Assembly: GCF_002252565.1 (NCBI RefSeq)
Contig: NZ_NPML01000018.1
Location: 271,907-303,906 of the forward strand
Direction of reading: 5' to 3'
Length of the DNA: 32,000 nt
From: Petroclostridium xylanilyticum
Lineage (GTDB): Bacteria > Bacillota > Clostridia > SK-Y3
Part shown: piece by piece, positions 1 through 7,852 of the stretch
How the letters are laid out: every line of letters begins with the position of its first letter
Numbering within the stretch: position 1 is the first letter of the stretch
Translations under genes and position numbers: made by a program
Notes under the pieces: generated by a model
The model's input: the letters and a program-made list of their open reading frames with translations, nothing else
What the model was told of the DNA's origin: nothing
Database searches by the model: none

Positions 1-452
1 AAATACCCCTGTAATTTGATGGCTTCTGTGCCAGTATGGTTCCCCAAATGTTTCTATATCTTCTTTGAAACACTCAGGGCAAAATCTAAAATACTTATTT
101 AAGGTAATGGAATTTGATATTAAACCTATTCTTATGTAGGAAACAGCACCCTCACCGTTTCTCATAGTTTGAATTATTTTTTTAGCACGTTCCTGAGGAA
201 TAAATGCTGCAAGAAAAGGAAATAAGGTGTGCTTAAAGATAAAGTATTCTGCTGTATATTTTGTATTTACAGGCATATTTTCGATTAATGCATCGAGTTG
301 TGTAGGCAGTTCCATTACTGCTATACAGTTCCTTGTTCCAAACAAGTCCTCAAAGTTATGAATTTCCTTTATGTTTCCACTTCGCATACAATAGCGTGCT
401 AACTACTATATAGTACTTCATCTGGATAAGGCACAGGAAAAAAGTTCACCAT
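1..452 (-). pseudogene. tniQ: TniQ/TnsD-family Tn7 target-selection protein, N-terminal ~150 codons. The 3' end lies beyond position 1. The frame is broken after codon 17.
   Basis: ATG at 452-450 follows GGAG (5-nt spacing) and overlaps the tnsC stop (ATGGTGA). It encodes MVNFFPVPYPDEVLYSS, the typical TniQ N-terminal motif, then hits TAG at 401-399. Shifting the frame by one nt at 402 continues LARYCMRSGN...FRFCPECFKEDIETFGEPYWHRSHQITGVF, open to position 1, with the TniQ/TnsD zinc-finger CxxC...H pattern. Confidence 0.65.
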
Positions 453-2137
453 ACCAACTCCATAGAAAAAATATCATCCTCAAAACTTATAATATATTCC
501 GCTTCCTTTAAGGACTTGTAAGCGCTTTTATTATCCTTTTTCCCCTGTTCAACAACAGTTCGGATATCAAGTGGATTTGCCGTACTCTGTTTTTCCTTTC
601 TTCCTTTTACCTTCCTTATTCCCTTTTTCTCTGGCTCTTCCTTCATGCCTTCATCTTTAAGCAGCGCCATCGCATCTTCCACCATGCCCTCTGCACTTAC
701 ATCCTGATTTTGAGAAAGCATGGTATCAATTATTTTCTGAGCCTTCTTAGCATCCATTCCTAAATCAACAAGTTTTAATACGGCTTCCTTTTTCTCCTCC
801 ATGAGGTTTTCCTGCTTCATTTTGTTTTGCCTTTTCTTTATTTCCTTTGCCCGCAAATCCAGGTTAATAGATTCTTTGGTTCGGGTTAAAAAGTCATCGA
901 AATCAATACCAGTCATGCAGATATCTTCATATTTAGCAATTTCTCTGATGTTGCCAGTCTTTAAGGCAGTCAGCATTGGCTGTACTAATTTTAAGTTTTC
1001 CTTCGCCGCCTTCCTAATAATATATGGAGTTATCTCTTCCTTTCCTGATGAAATGGCGTAGGCTTGAGCAATAGCATAGACTTTTTTTAATAAATCAGGT
1101 ATCCCCTGCGTTTCTTCATATAAAATACTGCTTATTTCAGGAGTAAAGGGAGTTTCTTTCCTCGTCCACTGGTAGTGCCATATAGAACTTACTAATAAAT
1201 CCCACACCTCATCTTTTTGAATCCTGTCGCATACCATATCGCCACCAAGACCTGACCCTCTTCGTGCCTGTCTGAAATCCCCCTGAAGTACCTTAACTGC
1301 CTTTGGGGTTCCCACTAAAATAACTGGCACCCCTACATTATTTACAAGGTTTACAAAGAAATTCAGCATTTTTTCGCTTCCTCCCGATTTAGCCATGCTT
1401 AAATGCTGGATTTCATCTATAATTAATATGCCTAAAGAGCAGTTTCTGACTACCTGATTCATCACCGTCATCATGGCATCTGCTGTTGCCCTTGTCCTCA
1501 TCATCTTTTGATAATAGTTGGTTCCCAATAGCCTGTCTATTTCTGAAAAAAATTCATACAGCAATCCCTTGATAGACCCGTCATGAGGACACTCTAATTT
1601 TACCCATACTACCTGATACGCTGAAAAAGGGATGCCTCTATACTCCGAATGAACAATAACTTGTGGATACATATTTAGTATACGCTTTAATGAAGATGTC
1701 TTCCCTAATCCCGATATGCCTATAAGAGTAAATCCAAAGGATGATGGATAAAATACGTCATCATCCTTTGAATTAACAGGATTCGTTCCATAGTAGTCTC
1801 TGCAAAAGCCCTGAGCCAGTTTACTTCCAAACGGATTTCGAAAAACATACCCCTGACGCAGGGCACGTGATATCTTTCTTTCCAGTTCTATGTTCATTGG
1901 TAAGGGCTGAAAGACTTGAAAGAGCCTGTCTACCATATAAATTCTGTAGTGGCTGTCCAACTTCCTTTCATTTTGGTGGTATTGAGGATAAAAAGCCAGT
2001 TTTTCTACCACTTTATGAGGAGAAAGAAGATTTGGAAGTGCTTCTATGAAAGGATTATCCTGATAATCTGGTATCACCTGTTCCTTATATTGTGCTTCTT
2101 CTGCCATGCTGCCATTAGGAATTATTATCTTCTTCAC
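446..2137 (-). CDS. tnsC: TnsC-like AAA+ ATPase, Tn7-family transposition regulator
   Basis: 563-aa ORF. Walker A is GISGLGKTS and Walker B is LGILIIDEIQHL. The N-terminal NPFIEALP motif is typical of TnsC/TniB. GTG start at 2137 follows GGAGG at 9 nt. It overlaps the tnsB end by 23 nt and the tniQ start. Confidence 0.85.
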   Translation of the reverse strand: MKKIIIPNGSMAEEAQYKEQVIPDYQDNPFIEALPNLLSPHKVVEKLAFYPQYHQNERKLDSHYRIYMVDRLFQVFQPLPMNIELERKISRALRQGYVFRNPFGSKLAQGFCRDYYGTNPVNSKDDDVFYPSSFGFTLIGISGLGKTSSLKRILNMYPQVIVHSEYRGIPFSAYQVVWVKLECPHDGSIKGLLYEFFSEIDRLLGTNYYQKMMRTRATADAMMTVMNQVVRNCSLGILIIDEIQHLSMAKSGGSEKMLNFFVNLVNNVGVPVILVGTPKAVKVLQGDFRQARRGSGLGGDMVCDRIQKDEVWDLLVSSIWHYQWTRKETPFTPEISSILYEETQGIPDLLKKVYAIAQAYAISSGKEEITPYIIRKAAKENLKLVQPMLTALKTGNIREIAKYEDICMTGIDFDDFLTRTKESINLDLRAKEIKKRQNKMKQENLMEEKKEAVLKLVDLGMDAKKAQKIIDTMLSQNQDVSAEGMVEDAMALLKDEGMKEEPEKKGIRKVKGRKEKQSTANPLDIRTVVEQGKKDNKSAYKSLKEAEYIISFEDDIFSMELVW

Positions 2138-4280
2138 CCTTCAGCACCTCCTTCTGCCTTTTAAAAAGCAACTGCAGGGTATTCATCCCTTCTTCAAAAT
2201 CTTCTTCATTAAATACGCTGCTGTCATAATCTCCTTCGTTATTTCCTAGTTTAAATGCTTCTTCCGCCCTTCTTGCTGTTTTTTCAATCTTCCTGTTTCC
2301 CCTTATGTTTTTTACCCTCTGCCTGTCGCTCTCTGCAGTACTTGTCTCCCTTTTATAATCTTCATCCGCCTGTTTTACGATATCTTCTATTTCTGCAATC
2401 AGTTTTGTTTTTGCTTGTGCCACCGAATCTTTACTTTTCTCTTTCTGCATTCTTTCTACCGCCAACAAATACTCTATTTCCTCAATTGCTTTATCTTTAT
2501 ATCTGGTACTGCTCTCTATTAAAAAACATTTCTCATATTCTTTGGGATTATCGCCACAGACATAAATGCAGTTCATATTGCGTGGGTCGTAACTTATCTT
2601 TACTCTCCACCTTCCATTTGTCCGTGCATTTGCAAATACATCATTTTTTAGCATGTTCGAAGATGCATAATACATATCTTTATATTTTATTCCTTTTTCA
2701 GTAACTACCGCTGTATCAGAAGGCATAAGGGCCAATTTAACAATGTCCTCCGATATACTCCGCAGGGTTCCTCCCCTGTTTGCAATTCCCCAGTTCCAAA
2801 GTTCAATGGGAATGCAGGGGACATCATCCTCCACCATCATCTCGTCCCGCTTATAGTAATCTAAGTGATAATAGTTATTGTGGTATAAAATGCACTTTAT
2901 CATAATCTGTGTAAACTGGTATAAATCAAGTTTTGCTTTCAGTCGGTAGTCCTTGTCCCCTCTTTCCCTGCCGTCTAAATCTACAGAACCAGGTAAAAAT
3001 GGCTTTACCCTCTCATTGGTAAGGCCAAAGAACCGTTCTACCGCCGATTTTAAGTCTGCACGGTATGGAGGTGTATTCTGCACTTTTATATTCAGCATGT
3101 TTATAAGGTTTTCAATATTTCCTCCTTCTAATTCCCCTCTATCAGCGATAATAGTCTCTGGTAAGTAGTGGACTGGCCAATCCTTTTCCTCTATTTCAAT
3201 ACCGTACTGCTTGCAGTATTCTACTTTATTCATAGTTGCATTTAAAAGCGCCATCATGGCACCAGTATAGGAGCCACTCTCCAGTCCTATATAGATTCCG
3301 CATATCATACGGCTAAACTTGTCAATTACTGCATAAATGGCAGGTCTGCCTATGACCCAGTTTCTATTAAACCTTGATACTAAGTAGACATCACCTACCT
3401 GGCAGTCTATTTCAAAAGTTCCAGGCTGCATTACTCCGCTTAAAGCACTTCCCGTTATGGCTCTGTACTGCTTTAGAAATTTCTTGTTGCTATAGCGGCT
3501 AGTTATCTCTTTTTTAATACTGCGCTCCTTCTCAAACCAATATCTGAACTGGCCAAAACTCGGAATCTCTGATTGAGGTTTTATGACAGGTATCTTTACG
3601 CCATTTTCTTCTTTAAAGCCGTCTGTAAAATATTCTTTCCTCATCAGTTCATATGTCAGCGTAAGAGAGTTTTTTGCTGTAGTGTAATAATATTTATTAA
3701 CAGCAATGCGGAAAATTCTTTTAATATCCTCGGTTACATTTACCCCTTCTCCATTTATGTCCTGATACTTCCTTGGCCTGCCCCTTTTGGCATTTCCAGC
3801 CTTCCTCTCTTTACCTTTTCCCCCGCAGTTCCTATAGTCTGGTATTAAGGCATTAGGTGTTTTCCCTCTTTTCCAGTACCGCTTAAGATACTCAAATACC
3901 CACAATTCACTTATATTATGAAATGCAGAAGCCTCACGAACTGCCTTCCTCCTGAAATGAGACTCAAAAATTTCTGGTTCGCAAGCCACCATATCCTTAA
4001 TCACTTTCCAAGCATTGTCCCTCATCTTTTTATGTTTTTCTGGAATATCTTCTTCTTTTAATATAACTGCAAGCGTGTCATCTTCTTTAATAACTGCCCT
4101 TCCATTTATCAGTGCACTATCTATGTCTGCAGTACTACGCAGATATGGGGCGCTGTTTTTATTAACATCAATAACATACACTAATTCTTCATCCATCCAA
4201 AGTACTCTTTCTATGCTGGTACTTTCACTTTCATCCTTCCATTCGATTAGCGAATTAACTGTATATTTTAACAACCTCAT
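2115..4280 (-). CDS. tnsB: TnsB-like DDE transposase (Mu/rve integrase-core family)
   Basis: Long ORF with an rve-type core (FEIDCQVGDVYLV, ADRGELEGG, KSAVERFFG). Start chosen at ATG 4280 (MRLLKYTV) behind AAGGAGGG, overlapping the tnsA end by 26 nt. The start could also be upstream, at up to 4358. Confidence 0.88.
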   Translation of the reverse strand: MRLLKYTVNSLIEWKDESESTSIERVLWMDEELVYVIDVNKNSAPYLRSTADIDSALINGRAVIKEDDTLAVILKEEDIPEKHKKMRDNAWKVIKDMVACEPEIFESHFRRKAVREASAFHNISELWVFEYLKRYWKRGKTPNALIPDYRNCGGKGKERKAGNAKRGRPRKYQDINGEGVNVTEDIKRIFRIAVNKYYYTTAKNSLTLTYELMRKEYFTDGFKEENGVKIPVIKPQSEIPSFGQFRYWFEKERSIKKEITSRYSNKKFLKQYRAITGSALSGVMQPGTFEIDCQVGDVYLVSRFNRNWVIGRPAIYAVIDKFSRMICGIYIGLESGSYTGAMMALLNATMNKVEYCKQYGIEIEEKDWPVHYLPETIIADRGELEGGNIENLINMLNIKVQNTPPYRADLKSAVERFFGLTNERVKPFLPGSVDLDGRERGDKDYRLKAKLDLYQFTQIMIKCILYHNNYYHLDYYKRDEMMVEDDVPCIPIELWNWGIANRGGTLRSISEDIVKLALMPSDTAVVTEKGIKYKDMYYASSNMLKNDVFANARTNGRWRVKISYDPRNMNCIYVCGDNPKEYEKCFLIESSTRYKDKAIEEIEYLLAVERMQKEKSKDSVAQAKTKLIAEIEDIVKQADEDYKRETSTAESDRQRVKNIRGNRKIEKTARRAEEAFKLGNNEGDYDSSVFNEEDFEEGMNTLQLLFKRQKEVLKGEEDNNS

Positions 4281-5112
4281 GCCCTCCTTTACCGCTTGTT
4301 TCAGGCAGGCGCAGTGAATAACCGCTCTCATTGAGATTGATAGGCTTATCCATATCAAGGGCTATCCTTTTTCCCGCAATTAAATGCTTAAACAGCAGTA
4401 ACCCTGCCCCCGCATCCAAGGAATAGTCCTTTTCAAATCTTGATATAATTTCCCTGATATTCTGCTGATTATCTATAAGCCTATATAAAAGTGCGTCTAG
4501 TAATTCATCAAAATCATCTTTAGAAAGCCCGTTGCAGTCGTCGGAAGTCATCGCCGAATGAATCCACTCTATATTTTTTGCCCTAACATCGTTGATGTCC
4601 TTATTTGTCACAATACCCCAGTTAATTCCTTTAGCAGTCCAGTATCTTCTTTCAATCTCCAGTTTTTCAATTGTAGTCTTTTTTGATAATTCCGATGCAT
4701 ATTTTATGCTTCTTGCAGCGAAATTCTTTTGTCCATCAGGATTTAACAGCGTAATTAAAAATGTTGTAGTTAATATGTAGGGTTCTTTTGTTTTCTTATC
4801 TATAAACTTATCCAGTTTTAAATCTGCAGTATCTTCCAGTACTGTCTCCAGGTCTAAAAGCGGATAATGTTCCCTAATATCTACTACTTTTTCTTCCCAG
4901 TCTAATAAATAAAAGTATTTCAATTGAGAGTCAGAGAAGAAGTGGTGTATTCGCTGTGTAGTCCAGCCAAATATCCTTGTTGCTCTTCCCATCGAAGGAT
5001 AATCTTGTATAGTAAGCCAGGGCTTATATTCCTTCCCTTCTCCCTGTCCCCTGCCTTCTTTTATCCATCTTTTTAACTTGTTTTCATCCCAATTTGTGTT
5101 TCTTTTGGCCAC
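4255..5112 (-). CDS. tnsA: TnsA-like endonuclease subunit of a heteromeric Tn7 transposase
   Basis: 285-aa ORF. GTG start at 5112 lies 7 nt after GGAGG. Restriction-endonuclease-like N-domain and the TnsA C-terminal motif (IEKLEIERRYWTAKGINWGIVTNKDI). It is first in the tnsA-B-C-tniQ order. Confidence 0.85.
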   Translation of the reverse strand: MAKRNTNWDENKLKRWIKEGRGQGEGKEYKPWLTIQDYPSMGRATRIFGWTTQRIHHFFSDSQLKYFYLLDWEEKVVDIREHYPLLDLETVLEDTADLKLDKFIDKKTKEPYILTTTFLITLLNPDGQKNFAARSIKYASELSKKTTIEKLEIERRYWTAKGINWGIVTNKDINDVRAKNIEWIHSAMTSDDCNGLSKDDFDELLDALLYRLIDNQQNIREIISRFEKDYSLDAGAGLLLFKHLIAGKRIALDMDKPINLNESGYSLRLPETSGKGGHEVVKIYS

Positions 5113-5129
5113 GCAAACACCTCCATATG

Positions 5130-5220
5130 TTAGGGATTAGAGACTATGGTTTAGGAATCAAGGATTAGTATAATCGTAATATCCCTTATGCCTTAAACCT
5201 TATCCCTAAACTCCTAAATT
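5130..5220. repeat. TAGGGA/TAAGG-rich imperfect palindromic repeat cluster (copy A) in the tnsA upstream region
   Basis: Plus-strand units TTAGGGATTAG and TTTAGGAATCAAGGATTAG face minus-strand units (CCCTTATGCC, CCTTATCCCTAAACTCCTAAATT) around a centre near 5175. The 13-mer TTTAGGGATAAGG (reverse complement of 5198-5210) recurs at 31004-31016. The arm 5183-5220 aligns with 31027-31060. Confidence 0.6.
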
Positions 5221-5230
5221 TCAAAATAAA

Positions 5231-5285
5231 AAATGCCACTGACTCCAAGACACCTTTTACTTAGATGTCTGTGTCAATGGCATTT
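5231..5285 (-). terminator. Hairpin with a T-tract on the minus strand, just outside the tnsA upstream region
   Basis: AAATGCCACTGAC (5231-5243) pairs with GTCAATGGCATTT (5273-5285), 12 of 13 positions, plus an inner AGACA/TGTCT pairing. On the minus strand the stem is followed by TTTTTATTTT. The plus strand has no T-tail. Confidence 0.5.
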
Positions 5286-5414
5286 AAACCATCTATGCTG
5301 TGTATTTTATTTTAACATAAAACAACTTTATTTTAAACGTCAAAATTATTGCTTGAAATGATATGTAGTAATCGGATAAGATTCCATACAATCTCGAACA
5401 TAAGGAGGTATTTT

Positions 5415-5606
5415 ATGAGGCATAGTGTTTTTAGAACTTTAAAACTGCTTATCTTGGGGAATATCTTTTTAATTCCTCTTTCCATTGTTGTGGAAAACCT
5501 TATCATTCGCTTAATTATCGGCTCTGTAGCAGGCATTTCATTTATTATGCTTCTATCCTTTATTACCAAAATTGAGGCTATATACACAAAAGACAAAAAG
5601 TATTGA
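5415..5606 (+). CDS. Small hydrophobic (membrane) protein, 63 aa
   Basis: ATG 5415 lies 6 nt after AAGGAGG. The product MRHSVFRTLKLLILGNIFLIPLSIVV...GSVAGISFIMLLSF has two hydrophobic segments. A clean terminator follows directly. Confidence 0.55.
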   Translation: MRHSVFRTLKLLILGNIFLIPLSIVVENLIIRLIIGSVAGISFIMLLSFITKIEAIYTKDKKY

Positions 5607-5611
5607 GTTAA

Positions 5612-5650
5612 AAGGCATTAGCAGGATATTATTCCCTAATGCCTTTTTTC
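5612..5650. terminator. Rho-independent terminator between convergent genes, probably bidirectional
   Basis: AAGGCATTAG (5612-5621) pairs with CTAATGCCTT (5636-5645) around a 14-nt loop, followed by TTTTT. An A-run upstream gives a U-tail on the other strand. Confidence 0.7.
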
Positions 5651-5655
5651 TTGCT

Positions 5656-6117
5656 TTAGTGAATAGTATTATCTATAATTTTGCAGTTCTTTATAAAATC
5701 CCAATACACTTTTATCTCATCTCCATCTAGCATCTCATAAATGCTTTCAATATATTCGTAAAACTCTTGATATGACTTTAAAATATATGGTTTCATCTTT
5801 GCTTGTAGATGCAGGAGTGAATTATTACAATACACACAATCCCGCAGAACTAAGAATTCTGCTACACTCAGTTCCATGTGAATATCATCTTCTCTGTCAT
5901 TGGCTACTGCTATACAAAGAAACAACTTTGTCCTTATAACCTCTGTATTGCTAATACCTTCTTGTATAGCAAGATTATCATACAATTCCTTCTCAAGATT
6001 TAGTACTTCCAGGTGTTGATTTATCTGTCTTACTAAATTTAATAACAACTTTTTCGGAATCTTTAGTGATATAGAGTCATTTATATATTTCCAATAAGTT
6101 TCTTCTCCATTCAGCAT
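5656..6117 (-). CDS. Hypothetical protein, 153 aa, no family recognised
   Basis: ORF with AAGGAGG 8 nt upstream of the ATG at 6117. AT-rich host-like codon usage. Confidence 0.6.
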   Translation of the reverse strand: MLNGEETYWKYINDSISLKIPKKLLLNLVRQINQHLEVLNLEKELYDNLAIQEGISNTEVIRTKLFLCIAVANDREDDIHMELSVAEFLVLRDCVYCNNSLLHLQAKMKPYILKSYQEFYEYIESIYEMLDGDEIKVYWDFIKNCKIIDNTIH

Positions 6118-6489
6118 TATAATAGTCCTCCTTACATTCTAAAATTCCATCTTTTTGCTTCTATATCATAAGAAGGATATTATAGGCATTTCAAGATTGT
6201 TTTGATTTAATCAAGTGCTACCACATCGTTTCACCAATGCCGCTGTCTTGAAATCCGATAATTAAATCCTTATAAAACCGCTAAATCTTATGAAAAAAAC
6301 AATCCGTCCATTTGATATCAAAGGCTTGCTCCAATTTTATATTTATTGAGTGATGGTATAACAAATACCGAAATTACCCATCTTTTCTTTTTTCACAATT
6401 TTTTATATAAAGTGTATTGATAAGTCAGTTAAAACAGAAATATTCAAAGTACTGTCAAAAATTAAACTCTTACTTTAGTATAACATACA

Positions 6490-6630
6490 AGTTTGATTTC
6501 ACTGCAATAACTCATTTTTATTAAGTTTTGCTAATAAATATACAGTTAATTCACCTTTATAAGCATTGAAATTAGTATAATTATTCTCATAATTTTCATA
6601 TTTTTGAGTTATTGCAGCAGAATCAAGTTT
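6490..6630. repeat. Inverted repeat pair flanking a ~90-nt AT-rich spacer
   Basis: 13-bp perfect arms at 6502-6514 and 6605-6617 (CTGCAATAACTCA / TGAGTTATTGCAG). Imperfect extension (TTGATT...) takes the arms to about 22-25 bp. Confidence 0.45.
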
Positions 6631-6699
6631 AGAGTATTTTTAACTAATATGATAACAAATCTTTATAAATCTAAATCTACGTCAATTGCTAAAATAATC

Positions 6700-6728
6700 T
6701 TGAAAAAACATCCATATATTAATACAAT
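6700..6728 (+). promoter_or_regulatory. Sigma-A-type promoter for the NYN-domain gene
   Basis: TTGAAA (6700-6705), 17-nt spacer, TACAAT (6723-6728), about 50 nt upstream of the start codon. Confidence 0.45.
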
Positions 6729-6777
6729 ATATCCATATTGTAGGTTTTTGAGAAATTATGACAGGAGGTATATGATT

Positions 6778-7563
6778 ATGAATAATAATGAATATGAAAA
6801 ATGTTTGAAAATGGTTAATGAGAATTTAAATGGTAATGTTGCCATATTCGTTGACTATGACAATATATATCACGGTTTAAGAAGTTTTGCATTAGATGCA
6901 AACAGTGACGAATATGATATTTTTAACTTACTTTGGCGATTATATAACCGTGATGTAGTGAGGGTATTTAGAGCATATGCGGATTATGACCAAATTAAGG
7001 TGTCTTTAAGAAATATCCAGCAAAAAAGAGTCCAAATTAGACATGTTTATGGTAATGGATTAGGAGAAATGTTTAGAAAAAATGCTTCAGATATTGAATT
7101 ATCAATAGATGCCATAGAAACTTGCTATAAAGATATATCCGTAAATACTTTTGTGTTTGTTACTACGGATAGTGATATGATACCAATAATGAGCAGAATG
7201 ATATATAAAGGAAAAAAAGTACATTTGCTGTATATTGGGGTAAATTCTTCACAATATCAGGATATTACACAGTATGCACATGTGTCTTATGACTTAGTAA
7301 ATATATTTGATATTAATACTGAAAGAGCAAAACCTGAATTTTGGAAAGATTCAGTATTAGAGCATATTAGTAATTGGTACTCTGACCCAAAAAACAAAGG
7401 CAAAATCTATGGTGCAAAATGGTTAAATGAAGATATGCAGCAAAAATTCCAAATGTCTCAAAAGTTGGCGAGCAGTGTCATTCAGTATTTGGAAGAAAAC
7501 AGGTTTATAACAAAAGAATTAAATACTGAAAAAGGTATTGAAGGCTATATAATAAATAGTTAA
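6778..7563 (+). CDS. NYN-domain (LabA/DUF88-like PIN-fold) putative RNase with a C-terminal helical, possibly OST-HTH-like region
   Basis: AGGAGG at 6763-6768; ATG at 6778 (9-nt spacing) or at 6772. NYN signature blocks are VAIFVDYDNIYHG, ASDIELSIDAIE and FVFVTTDSDMIPIMSRMIYKGKKV. Confidence 0.75.
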   Translation: MNNNEYEKCLKMVNENLNGNVAIFVDYDNIYHGLRSFALDANSDEYDIFNLLWRLYNRDVVRVFRAYADYDQIKVSLRNIQQKRVQIRHVYGNGLGEMFRKNASDIELSIDAIETCYKDISVNTFVFVTTDSDMIPIMSRMIYKGKKVHLLYIGVNSSQYQDITQYAHVSYDLVNIFDINTERAKPEFWKDSVLEHISNWYSDPKNKGKIYGAKWLNEDMQQKFQMSQKLASSVIQYLEENRFITKELNTEKGIEGYIINS

Positions 7564-7571
7564 AAAAAGGG

Positions 7572-7600
7572 TTGATTTTTAACTCTATTTTGCATATAAT
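7572..7600 (+). promoter_or_regulatory. Near-consensus sigma-A promoter with no downstream ORF
   Basis: TTGATT (7572-7577), 17-nt spacer, TATAAT (7595-7600), starting 9 nt after the NYN stop codon. Confidence 0.5.
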
Positions 7601-7606
7601 AATATC

Positions 7607-7720
7607 AAGAAATTAATGTTTCGATTTATTAATGTTTCGGTTTTTATTGTTTCGTTATTTTAAAGTTTCGAATTATTAAGATTAATAAAGGCTCTGTGTA
7701 TATAGAGCCTTTATTACATT
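7607..7720 (+). ncRNA. Candidate ~110-nt small RNA with four tandem GTTTCG-containing repeats
   Basis: It is bracketed by the 7572-7600 promoter and the 7683-7716 terminator. GTTTCG occurs at 7618, 7634, 7649 and 7665 (15-16 nt period) inside units such as TTAATGTTTCGATTT and TTAATGTTTCGGTTT. The only ORF is a 15-codon one without an SD. Confidence 0.35.
7683..7716. terminator. Rho-independent terminator, usable from both strands
   Basis: 13-bp stem at 7683-7695 and 7704-7716 (core AAAGGCTCT / AGAGCCTTT) with an 8-nt loop. A/T-rich flanks sit on both sides. It lies between the plus-strand candidate RNA and the minus-strand membrane gene. Confidence 0.6.
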
Positions 7721-7852
7721 TAGTTAGCCAATTTTGGTATCTTTATATTTGTACTTTGAGTCTTTATTCTCATTTTTTTAACTTTCTCCATATGGAACAG
7801 TTGTAAAACTAAATCCTGCTGTTCTTTTTAAGTTGCTTAACATACTTTAAAA

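Noticed and set aside
801-4317. Plus-strand ORFs of 60-149 aa antisense to tnsA/B/C (801..1061, 1916..2164, 2255..2704, 3573..3848, 4015..4317 and others).
   Set aside because: They are fully embedded antisense to strongly supported genes, lack SD sequences, and give low-complexity hydrophobic products typical of AT-rich antisense frames.
5131-5160. The TTAGGG/TTTAGGG strings (also at 31445-31457) as telomere-like repeats or G-quadruplex formers.
   Set aside because: There are no tandem telomeric arrays. The GGG runs are few and separated by long loops. The resemblance to eukaryotic telomere units is best treated as coincidence within the TAGGGA-rich repeat family.
5333-5596. 87-aa minus-strand ORF overlapping the small plus-strand ORF.
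   Set aside because: It has no SD and an implausible composition. The plus-strand ORF has AAGGAGG at ideal spacing and its own terminator.
6604-6777. Upstream extension of the NYN ORF to 6604, giving a 319-aa version.
   Set aside because: The extension has no SD and overlaps the predicted promoter (6700-6728). A strong AGGAGG precedes the Met codons at 6772 and 6778.
7609-7680. The four tandem GTTTCG units as a CRISPR array; also the 15-codon ORF MFRFINVSVFIVSLF (7616-7663).
   Set aside because: The units are only 15-16 bp, directly abutting with no spacers, and there are no cas genes. The mini-ORF has no Shine-Dalgarno sequence.
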